Shown in pieces: positions 14,196-34,607 of a stretch of 64,000 nt of DNA. The stretch is from the human T2T-CHM13v2.0 reference genome, Homo sapiens. The DNA is taken from NCBI RefSeq assembly GCF_009914755.1, contig NC_060936.1. One strand, given 5' to 3'. A model generated the notes under the pieces. It had not been told where the DNA came from, made no database searches, and saw only the letters and a list, made by a program, of their open reading frames with translations. The position numbers were made by a program, and so were the translations under genes. Positions within the stretch are counted from its first letter, which is position 1. The number at the start of each line of letters is the position of its first letter.

Positions 14196-14514
14196 TTATT
14201 ACACACTCACTGATTTCTTCAGTCTAAATAGAAAGACATCTTGAAGTCTAATAACTTTGCTTCTAAAAGTATATTTAGCTCAGTATTCGAGCATTGAATA
14301 AGAAAGTACCCACTGGAATATTGACTAACCCATTCCCTTTTAAAAATTAATTTCATTTAATTTATATACCTTTATTACAATTTTAATTAAATGGTAAATA
14401 CAATGTGACATTTTTTTCTTACCTTTTCATCTAACTTGTGTCCCCTTCTTTCCATTTCCCCAAATGCAACCCTGAATTTCAGGACTTTGTAAACTCTACT
14501 CTAGTTTTGCTTTC

Positions 14515-14640
14515 TGTTTGTTTGTTTGTTTGTTTAGAGACAAGGTCTCCCTCTGTCGCCCAGGCTGGAGTGCAGTGACATAATCATAGTTCACTGTAAC
14601 CTTGAACTCCTGGGTTAAAGTGATCCTCCTGCCTCAGCCT
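14515..14640 (-). mobile_element. Alu monomer fragment (FRAM/J-like)
   Basis: (TTTG)n tail plus partial arm. Confidence 0.85.
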
Positions 14641-17600
14641 TATAATTTAGTTTTAATTAACCTCCTTGAAAAAGTTGCAGCCTGGTGCTTTATTTAAATA
14701 TCTTGCTTTCTCATAATCTGTGTTATTTTAGTAGTCCTGTATTTATCCTTGCTTTCCTGACAACTGGATATAAAACTACACAAAACATTGATTTGGGCAC
14801 AAAGAAAATCAGTAAGTACCAAAATAGATACAACATAAAGGTGGTGGGGTTTTTTATGAACTAATTTGATTGAAGTGAGTTTATCTTATAAAATAAGCCG
14901 GGAGACTGAAATGGAGTCTCCTTCAGTGGTACACCAAAGGGAGTGTAGGGTGTAGTAGGAGCTCTCTGCCTCCGAGAGGAGGAATATATTAGACTGATAA
15001 CGTTTAAGTCTGATGTATGGTGACAAGAAAAAGGCCAATTTTTTGTTTTGTTATTTTTAAGTTACCTACAGATAATGCATTTCATTATTGCCTACTTCCA
15101 GCTCTCCCTATGTAGTATGTTTCTGATCTTCTGTGCTTGTGCAGTGTAGATGAGCTCACCGCTTTAATTTTTAAGATAGAAATGTGGAAAACTCTTGAAT
15201 CATAGACTAGGGGAAGGAACCAGAGGTCCTCTAAAATATCAGAGGAGTGAGAAGGAAAGGAAGAGCTCCTTTCTAGGGCCATAGAATAAGAGTAGAAGTT
15301 TTTGCTCATTTTTTTTGTTTGTTTTTACTTTACAAAAAAATAAAAAATTTTTTGCTCTTTGAATAACTTAACATGAGGAATTTGGAAACAACCTCTCTTG
15401 AAAATATATTGGTATTCATTCCCAAATAATTCTTCTAAGTACCACTTGACCAGAGGATAGGGAAAGGAGGAAAAGGTGAGTGTATTTATATCCTTGCTAG
15501 TTTTTGTTATATATTCAGTTGCAGATCTATATTATATATCATTTTATTATCAGATTTTCTAGTGAGAAATATATATGATGGTTTTTTAATAATCATTTTA
15601 GGTTTGGAGGCCATTTCAATTCAATATGTATGTGTTTTATGTGTTTAATTCGTATTTACTATATATTAAAAGAATTTCCAAATAGCTCAGATAAGAAAAC
15701 TTTGGTTTAAAATTGAGTTATTTTATAAGCTACATAGAATACATCAAAATTTTATAAGCTGCATAGAATAGGCTTTAAAATATCAGAATTAGGAAAATAA
15801 AATATAGATGGTAAAAATTCAAATATTTATCAAGACTTTTTTCTTCACTAATGATGGGGTAAAGAATTTTTAAATGGATAATATAAAACAGACAGTTCAA
15901 AAATTATTTTTGGAAAATATATGCATCGGGAAACATACCCCACACGGTGCCATGGTTTAATTATTCCCCAGCTCTACTTTTGGGAGCCTGGAACTTGTCA
16001 GGGTTGTGAAATAGATCTCAGACTATTAAGGACATTCAGAAACTGGCTAAGCCATTCAAGGAAAATCAGGAATTTACGTAATATATTGGACTACAGTCTC
16101 AAAGGACAGAGAGAAAATCAGTCAAATGGGTTTTGATATTTTTTTTTCCTAGAAATGTGTAGCAAATGTGATTTTACAAAGCAGCTAAAAATACAACTAT
16201 CTCTCTGGAATTGAAAATGTGTAAAATAAGACCACACACTTTCAATATGCACAAAATATATTTTAAATGTTTAAGTTGTATTGGTAATTTACTATGTTCT
16301 CCTGTAGAAAATCATAATTAAAGTTGGTGCTCGTGTTGCTAAAGTTTTTTTTCTCATGTCAGGAACTTGCAGCTTGTTCTATATAGTTTGGTGAAACAAA
16401 CAAAACAGTTTTTATCTGCTGTGACATTTAAGTTTGTTGTTAGCTGGAGTTAAATCTACATACATAAAAGTAAAACAATAAATATGGAAACATCCCAACA
16501 GTCTTTCCCACAATGTGTATTATTACATTATTCTCAGTAATGACACATACTTAACATTTCCCAAGCTGTTGTTTTAAACCTTAAACATCACCACATTTCT
16601 AATTTTTATTTAAAATCTTTCAGAATTCTTAGATTTTGTAACATATCAAACACAAGTCTCTCATTAAAATTTTTTTTTAATAGTATTTGCTTTTCTTTTA
16701 AACTCCATAAAGGAGTATTCGATGTTAACAGACGTAACTCTTTAATGCTCCTCTGTTCATGATTAAGTATGCTAAGTTTTAAGTAATTTAGACTAATGTA
16801 TTAAAGTGTTCACTTATGTCTAGTCATATGCATACCTACTCTCTTCTAACCTTGAGTCATTTCTATTAAATACAGCATTTAATCTTCTTTCAAGTGAGAA
16901 CCATCTTTCCATTATATCAAGTGGGCAATATTTAAATTGTCTGATAAGTTCATCCAAATTAATCCCATCATGCCTGTTTAACTCATTTCCCCAAAAAGAC
17001 CGCGACCTCCAGCCAGTCATTCAGTTCTTGAACTCCCTAATAGAAGCACCAAGGATTATCTATTTGTAATCACATTGTGGTGAATTATCAGTCTCCCAAG
17101 AATTATGTAAAGCAAATAGGAATTATTTTAGAGTTGCCCTTATTTTAAAAAACAAAAAAAAAGTAAAGATGGGAAAATTACTTATAGTATTTTTTTTTAA
17201 TTTGAGAAAGAATTCCTGTAGGTCTCCCTTAAATAGTGACTTTGGTAAAGCTTTTTAATTTCTAGAACTCAGAGCTATATTCACTTTTGAGCTATGTACC
17301 TATTGTATAAGTTGAAGTAATACTGCAAATTCAAACAGTAAACATCATTAATCCTAGATATTTGGGTACTACCTACAGTGAGATATGGTAGGAAACATTC
17401 TACACTTACAACAACTTCCACCATAGCTAGCTCCAAACAGGTCATTAACCTCTGAATTACTGTTTTCACAACCATAAAATTATGCTGGTCTCTTGAAAGT
17501 ATTAGTTTATGGGTGTGGAGAGGAAGGCTTAAATTTCATTTTTGAAGCTGTCGTTAAAAGTATATATTTTTAGCAAAGGAATTAATAACTAATAGCATTG

Positions 17601-17729
17601 ATGAGTCAAGTTAATATTTGTTTTTGTTTTTGTTTTTTTTTTAATTTTGGGCCTCACTCCTATAAAAGACTTGGAACAGAAGTCTTAGTATGATGGTAAA
17701 CTTGAAAATTAAAATTTTATCAGGGATAT

Positions 17730-17900
17730 TAGAATCCAATTATATGAGACTGCATCCTCAACAGGCACCTTGGTTGCAACACCATGAAAGACCTTGATCC
17801 AGAGGTTCTCAGCAAGCCACACCTGAATTCCTAACCCACAAAAACTGTGAGATAACAGATGTTTGTGTTTTTAGCTGCTAAGCTTTAATTTGTTTATGCA
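17730..17900 (+). mobile_element. MLT1 (MaLR LTR) fragment
   Basis: ttcctaacccacaaaaactgtgagataa...gctaag motif. Confidence 0.65.
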
Positions 17901-18422
17901 GAAATAAGGGAAAAGGACCCTAGAGATCCTTGAGGAATCCCACTTTACAGATGTAGAAGCTGAGGGCTAGAAGGAGAAAAGTCATGTACACAAAGTCTGG
18001 AGACAACTCAGATAGTCACTACATCCTCTTGCTCTTTCTCATTTTTACTCTTTAACTGGCTCCTCACTTTTTAGATGGATGGCACTGGGCTCTGGAGCAA
18101 ACCATCTGTTCTGTATCTGTTAAGGCCTCTAGAGCTTCATTCATTCCTTCATCAAATATTTTTTGAGTGTCCACTATGTGCCAGGCACTATTCTAGATTC
18201 AAGATATAAAGTAATATACAAAAACAAAATCCAGTTACAAATATAATTTTTAAAGCTATTTGTGAGCATAACTTCGTAACACATTTAGAACCTTTGCCTT
18301 CAGCTGACATGAATTATGTTGTCTTTTTGTTTTTTGGTCCAGTTTCATTAGTCATTAAAGTCATTTGAATTAAAGACAATAATCCAGACTCCAGAGGTTA
18401 TGGCTTTTATGTGTTTGGATAC

Positions 18423-18792
18423 TGTCATAGTCTGCTCAGGCTGCCATAACAAACACAGACTGGGTGGCTTAAATAACAGAAATTTATATTTTCACAGTTC
18501 TGGAGGCTGGGAATCTGAGATCAGGGTACCAGTATACTGGGTTTCTGGTGAGGGTGCCTTTCCTGGCTTACAGATGGCTGCCTTCTCACTGTGTTCTTGC
18601 ATGGTAGCAGAGGAGGGTCAGAGAGGAGAGCAAGCTCTGAGGCATCTCTTTTTTATAAGGGCACTAATCCCATCATGAAGCCCTCACCCTCATGACCTCA
18701 TCTAAACCTAATTATCTCCTAAAGACTTCCTCTCCAAATACTATTTAAGGCTTCAACCTGAATTTGGAGGTGACACAGTTGAGCCCATAGCA
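18423..18792 (-). mobile_element. MLT1A-type MaLR solo LTR
   Basis: gctgccataac...cacagttctggaggctggga motif; TG...CA ends. Confidence 0.85.
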
Positions 18793-18818
18793 GATATATT
18801 TAGTAACAACTGTGGGTA

Positions 18819-21426
<2,608 letters not shown>

Positions 21427-21650
21427 TAACCAGTACTAAATAACTACATGTCTTTGGCAGCCTATAATGTAGCATCCCATTTTTAAAAATAGAAGTGTGT
21501 ATTCAGGGTGCACTCAATAGGATTACATCTGGCTGGCAGTCCCTTCCTACTTCAGTCCATTATCCTGCTACCAGAATGATCTTCATGGTTTCATTTAAAA
21601 AAAAAAAAAATGAGATCCTGTTTCTGTCTTAAAGTTCTCTTCTAATTCCT

Positions 21651-22279
21651 TGTATTAATCAGGATTCTCCAGAGAAACAAGACCAATAGGATGCATATGT
21701 GTATACACATATATGTATAGCTCTCTCCCTCATATATACACATATCATGTATATACATATATATCATATATGTACATATATATCATATATGTACATATAT
21801 ATATATATATATGAGGGAGAGAAAGATTTATAAGGAATTAGTTCATGCACTTAGGCTGAGAAGTCTCATGATCTTCAGTCAGCAGGCTGGAGACCCAGGA
21901 ATGCCAATGGTGTAGTTCAAGTCCGAGTCCAAAGGGTTGAGAACCAGGAAAACCAATGATAAAAGTTCCAGTCCACAAGCTACCTGGCTAAAGACCCAGG
22001 AAGACTGAATGTTTCAGTTTTAGTGCAAAGGCAGGAAAAGACTGATGTCCCAGTTCAATCAGGCAAGAGAAATTATCCTTACTTGAGCCTTTTTTGTTCT
22101 ATTCAGGCCTTCAATTCATGAGAGCCACCAACATTAGAGAGGGCAATCTGCCTTACTCAGTCTACTGACTTAAATGTTAATCTCATCCAAAAACACCCTC
22201 ATAGATATGCCCAGAATAATGTTTGACCACATATCTGGGCACCCTGTGGCCCAGTCAACACATTAAATAAACCATCACA
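21651..22279 (-). mobile_element. MLT2 (ERVL) solo LTR with internal (TA)n
   Basis: tgtattaatcaggattctccagagaaac...aaccatcaca. Confidence 0.88.
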
Positions 22280-24969
22280 TCCCTTCATGTAGAAAAGAGT
22301 GGTTTGGACCATAGGCTCAGGAGTTAAACCACCTCTGAGCCTACCACTTTTGTGCAACTCACCTCACCTCTCTGCCTTTCACCTCTCTGTAAACTAGAGC
22401 AGCTCCCGAATGTCCATCTAGGAAGGCTTGGGGTGAGCAACCTGATTAGAAGGGAACAATGTGACTTAAAACTGCATATTTGCTTAGCAAACCTATGACT
22501 TTTCTCAGAATATACAGTTTGCTTGTGATGGAGGGCTATTAATATTTATAAGGAAACCAAATCCCCATTCACTTAAGCCATCCACTCCTACCACTGTAAT
22601 TGAATATTACCTACCTTTCAGAATAATTGCAAGGTTTTGTGTCTTGATCATTATGAAAAATGTGGCAGGTATTATTACTAATAAAGAAGTACCCAACTAT
22701 GGGAATGATTGTTCCTTCCTTATGAATGAGAGCAGCTCTCTGTTCAATACGATTCATACTCAAGTTCTAATAAACTTTCTTTAGCAAGAGAGCAAAGAGT
22801 ATGGTACAGTCAGTCCACCCAGGTTGCCTGTTAACCTGGTGCTTGAAGGAAAAAAAGTAAGAATTTGCCCTCATCTAATTCCTCACTTGCCCTCAAACAT
22901 GTCATACTACTTGACAATGGGGCTTTCCCACATTTGTCCCACATTTGCATGGTCTGCCTTATCTCTTACCTGGCGAACTCCTACACTCCTTCAAGACTTG
23001 CTCCAAAATGCACTTGCTAGATCTTCTGACATCAACTGCCACCTTGGGCTATAAGTTACGTGTGTCTCTTCCCCCACTAGACAATTACCTGATGGAAGAA
23101 TATTGTTCTTAAGATGTTAAGATGGTGTATGTGTGGCATAGTATTTGTTCCTAAATGTAAAAGTTATTAAACAAGTTTTCTGAAAGTCTGAAGCTTTATT
23201 GTGTTTATTGTGATTGTGTTGTATTCCTGACATGTTGCTGGCTACATATTTTAACAGCTTTAAAAGTAATTTACCTTATGAATGTGCACTAAAAACGTAC
23301 ATTTTAGATATACTAACATTTTAAGTTCGGTATTTATGAATTTGGAATATTCAAGATTAAATGTAGAAAATTTATATTTCATTTATATTTTTCTAAAGAA
23401 GTTTTAATTGTAAGGAATTCTTTTTTCCAGTAAGGAAGATACAGTTGCTATCTCTTGCTCCAGTTGGAGGGCATCCTGAATTCCCATTTGTTCAGACGCT
23501 TTTCACAACTTGGAGCTTCTGGCATCTCCACAAAAATAATACTTTGACTACACAAGGCCAGGAATACTTTTTTGAGTTGGGGATACCCCAAACATTTATC
23601 TGTTCAATACAGTTGTCCAAAGACAAGGAATGTACTCTTGATTTGGGTTCTTTGTCACCTCAAAAATCTATATTACACCTTAGACAAGGGGAGAAAATTG
23701 TCAGAAGTCTCTTCTTCTCCATGTCAAATTTGGCTACAACAGACATGATTGTTATCCACCCAATAGTCATCCTTCCTTGCTAGTGGGCATAGCAAGTTAT
23801 CCACCCCCTAACCAGGTAACTAGGGATAGGAATTTATTATTTAAAGTCAATTTTATGGAAAGTAGTCCTATTCTCCTTGTCTTTTTGATTTAGTGTTGGG
23901 CCCATAACCCATTAAAGGCCAGTGAGTCCAGAAGGGAAGTCTGCTGGTGTACTTGTGGGAAGTTTTTCTGGAGGAAAAAAAAAATGATCCTTCTTTAACA
24001 GATTTCTGTCTACATGTGATTCCTGGAATGGCACAGTGGCATCTTGGGACTGGGCTTGAAGTGTGAAGGTGTGTTAACCTTGAGTATATTCTTTTACTTT
24101 AGTCTTTATGCCTGATAACCAAAACTGTATTCATCTGGGGTGGAAAATGGCCTTTTTTCTACTTACTTTTATCCCTAAAGCCCACAAGCTTTGCATTGTA
24201 ATATTTGAACATTAAAAACAAAAAAAAAACCATTTTACTCTATCACATATCATATCCCAAATCCAAGGTTTTGGGGACTTTTTGTTTAATGATACAATTT
24301 ACAATAAAGTGAACTTATGCTGCATGAGCAATTACTTATTTAGAATAAATGATGGCCCTTTGTAATATAAATAATATAAGCATATAACTCTACAATTATA
24401 TATGTGTTTTGCCTGTCAGACATTGTCTAATCCCTACCTCATAACTTACAGCATCTTTTACCTCTTCTCTAAGCCTTATATCATCCCTGAGCCACACTTA
24501 ATCTCAGTTCTCCTCCTGAGCTACACTACAAGGGAAGTGGTGTACCATGGGATATGGCCTAGTAATGAGTTAAGACAGTTTTGCTTACTACTTGGTAATT
24601 TTTAAAAACAGAGTTTATTTTAATTAACTAGCTTTAACATTAAGAGGAGGAGGAAAATTCTAGTATCAAAATCCTTGTGGCAAAATGTCCACATCAGACT
24701 TCTGGCTTCTGGTAAGGAAAGAGGGGCTTGTATCAGCCTAGCAGTCTTGCAAGTAACATTAAGAAACTCTAAATATAAAAACAGTTTGAAGGCACTGAGG
24801 CATAATCATACAGTCTATGCTGTTGACAGAGCTTATGTGGAAGATGCCAGTTTATGCTGAGGGGTCTCAGAGATCATAGTTTTGCAAAGCAAGAGTGACT
24901 AGTAATTGAAAAATGAAATCCTAAAAATGATGGAACCATTGTTGATTGCAACAAAATCTAACTAAAAGT

Positions 24970-25068
24970 GTATGCCCAACAGGTTCATCTTGCCCACTGC
25001 CTAGACAGAGCCAATTTGTCAAGACAGGTGAATTGCAATAGAGAAAGAGTAATTCACAGAGAGCCAGC
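24970..25068 (-). mobile_element. LTR8-family fragment
   Basis: ttgcccactgcctagacagagccaattt...gcaatagagaaagagtaattcac. Confidence 0.7.
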
Positions 25069-25409
25069 TTTTCTTAATATCAACTGATTGTTCAAAGCAA
25101 AATATATGACAGTATACTGTGGGGCTTGTAACATGTGTAGGAGTAAAGATACATGACAACATAGACAAAAGATGAGAGGGGTGTAAATGGAATTATATTG
25201 TTATAAAGTTCTTACATTAATATATGAAATAGTATAATATCAATGCAAAAGAATATATGTTAAGAATGTATATTATAAACCTTAGAACAACCATCAAAAA
25301 AGAAGAAAACAAAAAAAAGTTACAGCTAAAATCCAATAAGGGGGATAGAATGAAATAATAAATAACATTGTTCCACTCCCTCTCCCCCAAAAAGTAAAGG
25401 TAGAAAACC

Positions 25410-28400
25410 AAGGTTTACAGGCAACAAATAGCACAATGAATGGAATGGTACTTTACATCTCAATACTAACGTTGAGTGTAAATGGCCTAAATGCTCCACT
25501 TAAAAGATACAGAATTGCAGAATGGGTAACAATTCACTAACCAACTATTGCTGCCTTCAAAAGACTCACCTAACACATAAGGACTGACATAAACTTAAGG
25601 TAAAGGGGTGGAAAAAGACATTCCATGCAAATGGACACCAAAAGCAAGCAGGAGTAGCTATTCTTATATCAAAAAAAAAACTTTAAAGCAACAGCAGTTT
25701 AAAAAGACAAAGAGTTAAAAAAGACAAAATGATAAAAGGTTTTGTCCAACAGGAAAATATCACAATCCTAAATATATATCCACCTAACACTGGAGCTCCC
25801 AAATGTATAAAAACAATTACTAATAGACCTAAGAAATGAGATAGACAGCAACATAATAATAGTGGGGGACTTCAATTCTCCACTGACAGCACTTAGACAG
25901 GTCATCAAGACAGAAAGTCAACAAAGAAACAATGGATTTAAACTATATCCTGGAAGAAATGGACTTAACAGATGTTTACAGAACATTCTACCCAGCAACT
26001 GCAGAATATACATTCTATTTATCAGCACATGGAACTTTCTCCAAGATAGACCATATGATAGGCCATAAAATGAGCCGCAATTAATTCAAGAAAATTGAAA
26101 TTATATCAAGCACTCTCTCAGATCACAGTGGAATAAAACTGAAAATCAACTCCAAAAGGAACCTTCAGAACCATGCAAGTACATGGAAATTAAATAACCT
26201 GCTCCTGAATGACCCTTGGATGAAAAATAAAATCAAGACCTACATCAAAAAGTCTGAAAGAGCATAAAGTGACAATCTAAGGTTACACCTCAAGGAACTA
26301 GAGAAACAAGAAGAAACCAAACCCAAACCCAGCAGAAGAAAGGAAATAACCAAGATCAGAGCAGAACTAAATGAAACTGAAACAACAACAACAGAAAAAT
26401 ACAAAAGATAAATGAAACAAAAAGTGGGTTCTTTGAAAAGATAAGTAAAATTGATAGATCATTAGCATGATTAGCTAAGAAAAGAAGAGAGAAAATCCAA
26501 ATAAGCTCAATTAGAAACAAAATATGAGCTATTACAACTGACACCGCAGAAATACAAAAGATCATTCAAGGCTACTATGAACACCTTTACGTGCATAAAC
26601 TGGAAAACCTAGAGGAGATGGATAAATTCCTGGAAAGATACAACCCTCCTAGCTTAAATCAGGAAGAAATAGATACTCTGAACAGACCAATAATAAGCAG
26701 CGATATTGAAATGGTAATTTAAAAATTACCAACAAAAAGAAGTCCAGGACCAGACAGATTCCCAGAATTCTACCAGACATTCAAAGAATTGGTACCAATC
26801 CTATTGACACCATTCCACAAGGTAGAGAAAGAGGGAATCCTCTCTAAATCATTCTATGAAGCCAGTATCACCCTAATACCAAAACTGGGAAAGGACACAA
26901 CCAAAAAAAAAAAACTACGGGCAAATATCCCTGATGAACATAGATTCAAAAATCCTTAACCAAATATTAGCTAACCAAATCTAATGACATATAAAAAGAT
27001 AATCTGCCATGATCAAGTGGGTTTCACACCAAAGATGCGGGGATGGTTTAATATAGGCAAGTCAATAAATGTGATACACCACATAAAAAAATTTAAAACA
27101 AAAATCACATGACCATCTTAGTAGCCACAGAAAAAGTATTCCACAAAATCCAGCATCCCTTTATTATTAAAACTCTCAGCAAAATCAGCATATAAGAGAC
27201 ATACCTCAATGTAATAAAAGCCATCTATGACAAACCCACAGCCAATGTAATACCAATTAGGGAAAAGTCAAAAGCATTCCTTCTGAGAACTGGAACAAGA
27301 CAAGGATGCCCACTCTCACCACTCCTCTTCAACATAGTACTGGAAGTCCAAGCCAGAGCAATCAGACAAGAGAAAGAAATAAAGGGCATCCTAATTAGTA
27401 AAGAGAAAGTCAAACTGTCGCTGTTTGCTGACAACATAATTGTTTACCTAGAAAGCCCTAAAGACTCCTCCAGAAAGCTCCTAGAACTGATAAAATAATT
27501 TGGCAAAATTTCTGGAGGCAAAATTAATGTACACAAATCAGTAACTCTTCTATACACCAACAGTGACCAAGCTGAGAATCAAATCAAGAACTCAACCCCA
27601 TTTACAATAGCTGCAAAAAATAAAATAAAATATTTAAGAATATACCTAGCTAAGGAAGTGAAAGACCTGTACGAGGAAAACTACAAAACACTGCTGAAAG
27701 AAATCATAGACGACATAAACAAATGGAAACACATCCCATGCTCATGAATGGGTAGAATCAATATTGGAAAAATGACCATACTGCCAGAAGCAATCTACAA
27801 ATTCAATGCAATTCCCATCAAAATACCACCATCATTCTACACAGAACTAGAAAAAACAATCCTAAAATTCATATGTAACCAAAAAAGAGCCCACATAGCC
27901 AAAGCAAGTCTAAGCAAAAAGAACAAATCTGGAGGCATCACATTACCTTACTTCAAACTATGCTATAAGGCCATAGTCACCAAAACAACATGGTACTGGC
28001 ATAAAAATAGGCACATAGACCAATGGAACAGAACAGAGAACCCAGAAATAAACCCAAATACTTATAGTCAACTGATCTGCGACAAAGCAAACAAAAACAT
28101 AAAGTGGGAAAAGCACACCCACTTCAACAAATGGTGCTGGGATAATTGGCTAGCCACATGTAGGAGAATGAAACTGGATCCTCATCTCTCACCTTATATA
28201 AAAATCAACTCAACACGGATCAAGGACTTTAAGACCTGAAACTATAAAAATTCTAGAAGATAACGTTGGAAAAACCCCTCTAGACATTGGCTTAGGCAAG
28301 GGTTTCATGACCAAGAACCCAAAAGCAAATGCAATAAAAACAAAGATAAATAGTTGGGACTTAATTAAACTAAAGAGCTTTTTGCACGGCAAAAAGAACA

Positions 28401-29357
28401 GTCAGCAGAGTAAAGAGACACTCCACAGAGTGGGAGAAAATCTTCACAATCTATAAATGTGACAAAGTACTAATATCCAGAATCTACAAGGAGCTCAAAC
28501 AAATTAGCAAGAAAAAAGCAAACAATCCCATCAAAAAGTGGTCTAAGAACATGAATAGAAAATTCCCAAAAGAAGATATACTAATGGCCAACAAACATGA
28601 CAAAATGCTCAACATCACTAATGATCAAGGAAATGCAAATCAAAACCACAATGCAATACCACCTTATTCCTGCAAGAATGGTCATAATCAAAAAATAATA
28701 GATGTTGGTGTGGATGCAGTGAACAGGGAACACTTACTTCTACATTGCTACTGAGTATGTAAACTAGTACAACCACTATGGAAAACAGTGCAGAGATTCC
28801 TTAAAGAACTAAAAGTAGAACTACCGTTTGATCCAGCAATCCCACTACTTGGTATCAACCTGGAGGAAAATAAGTCATGACACAAAAAAGGTACTTGCAC
28901 ACGCGTGTTTGTAGTAGCACAATTTGCAATTGCAAAAATGTGGAACCAGCCCAAATGCCTATCAGTCAATGAGTGGATAAAGAAGCTGTGGGATATATAT
29001 GATGGAATACCACTCAGCCATAAAAAGGAATGAATTAATGGCATTTGCACCAACCTGGATGAGGTTGGAGGCTATTATTCTAAGTGAAGTAGCTCAGTAA
29101 TAGAAAACCAAGCATCAAAAGTTCTCACTCATAAGTGGGAGCTAAGCTATGAGGATGCAAAGGCATAAAAATGACACAATGGACTTTGGGGACTCAGGGA
29201 GAAAGGGTGGGAAGAGGTTGAGGAATAAAAGACTACAAATAGAGTACAGTGTATACTGCTTGGATGATGCACGAATCACCACTAAAGAACTTGCTTATGT
29301 AAACAAACACCACCTGTTCCCTAATAACCTATGGAAGTAAAATTAAAAAAAAAAAAA
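25410..29357 (+). mobile_element. L1PB, 5'-truncated, disabled ORF2
   Basis: EN and RT remnants (GDFNSPLTAL; [27 protein letters not shown]); L1PB-type 3'UTR and poly-A. Confidence 0.92.
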
Positions 29358-29366
29358 TGTAGCACA

Positions 29367-29678
<312 letters not shown>

Positions 29679-29769
29679 GATATAGCTAAAATCCAACAAA
29701 GGGGATAGAATGGAATAACAAATAAGATTGTTTCACTCCCTCCCCCCAAAACAGTAAAGGTAGAAAAGG

Positions 29770-32075
<2,306 letters not shown>

Positions 32076-32387
32076 TATTTTATTTTATTTTATTTTATTT
32101 TATTTTTTGAGGTGGAGTTTTGTTCTTGTTGCCCAGGCTGGAGTGCAATGGCGTGATCTCGCTCACCGCAACCTCCACCTCCCAGGTTCAAGCGATTCTC
32201 CTGCCTCAGCCTACCAAATAGCTGGAATTACAAGCATGCGCCAGCACGCCCAGCTATTTTGTATTTTTAGCAGAGATGAGATTTCTCCATGTTGGTCAGG
32301 CTGGTCTTGAACTCCCAACCTCAAGTGATCCGCCTGCCTCGGCCTACAAAGTGCTGGGATTACAGGCGTGAGCCACAGCGCCCGGCC
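32076..32387 (-). mobile_element. AluSp-like
   Basis: (TTTTA)n tail; TSD agttatttta. Confidence 0.92.
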
Positions 32388-32399
32388 TAGTTATTTTAA

Positions 32400-32950
32400 A
32401 TTAAAGATAATAATCACTGGATGGGCTCAATAGCAAAACAGAGATGTCAGAGGAAATAATCTGTGACCCTGAAGAGGATAAACAGAAATTAACCAAATTG
32501 AAGAACAGAGTAGGGAGAGAAGATTTAAAAAAAAAAAAAAAAAAAAAAAGAGCAATAAGAACCCATGGGACAATATCAAAAGACCTAACACATTATTTAT
32601 ATGACTTTGAATTTCTCATCAGAAGCGATGGAGTCCAAAAGAGAATGGAACACCTTTAAACTGTCAAGAGAGGAAAAGACTGTCAACTCAGAATTCTTTG
32701 TCCAGCAAAAATATCCCTCAGAATAAAAAGGAAATAAAGACATTCTCAGATGAAGGAAAATTGTGAGACTTCATCACCAGCAAATCAGCTCTAAAAAATA
32801 CTTAAAGGAAATTACTCAGGCTAAAGGAAAATGACACCAGAAACTTAAAACTTAAAAAATGAAAGAAGAGCAATGAAAATTATCACAGTCTGAGTAAATA
32901 TAATAATCTATTTTTCTCCCCTTAAGTTTTGAAAAATGTGTGTTACTGAG
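32400..32950 (+). mobile_element. Old L1 ORF1 remnant
   Basis: gaaataaagacattctcagatgaaggaaaa...ttcatcaccagca motif. Confidence 0.65.
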
Positions 32951-32962
32951 GAAAGCAAAATA

Positions 32963-33620
<658 letters not shown>

Positions 33621-34059
33621 CCTCTCAAAATTATACCATTGCCTGGTAGGAATATTAATGTCTGTAAGTGTAATACATATGACAACTGTAAGATAAAGAG
33701 AGGAGGGTACAACAACCTGTGTGGTTGTAAGGTTTCTACCTTTTACTTAAGTAGTAAAATATTAACCTGAATAAAATGGGAAAGGTTAAGTAAGGTATGT
33801 ATAATTTAAACTACAGAGAAGCCATTAAGACAAAAAAATCTAAAAGACATTGCCAAAAAGCTAATAAACTAAAAAGGAATAATAAAGTATTCAAATCATA
33901 CTAAAGGATGCAAAAAAGGTGAAAGAAAGAATCAAAAAGCAGATAAGACAAGTAAACAAATCATGAATTGGGAGACTTAAACCCAATAATATCACTAATT
34001 ACATTAAATGAAAATGATCTAAACACACTAATTAAAAGATAGAGATTGTTAGACTGGGT

Positions 34060-34359
34060 GACATCATATTCTGCCAAATATGCTGCCAAATAAAAGTACC
34101 ACAAACTTAAGAGAGAAAAATAGCTTAAACAACAAAAATTTATTTTTCGTAATTCTGTAGAGAAGTCTGAAACCAGGTGTTGGCAGGTTTGGTTCCACCT
34201 GAGGTTTGTGAACGAGAGCCTGTTCTCCATGTCTTGCCTACCTTTTCTTCCTTGATGTTCCTTGGCTTGTTCGCATCATCCCAATTTCTGTCTATGTTCA
34301 CATGACACTCTCCCTTTCTCTGGGTCTGTCTCCATTTTCCCCACTTTATAAGTACACCA

Positions 34360-34360
<1 letters not shown>
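34060..34360 (-). mobile_element. MLT1 fragment
   Basis: gcttaaacaacaaaaatttatt...ccaggtgttggcagg. Confidence 0.7.

Positions 34361-34607
<247 letters not shown>

Noticed and set aside
27748-28239. 163-aa ORF2-like ORF
   Set aside because: Fragment of a frameshifted, stop-ridden L1PB; not a gene
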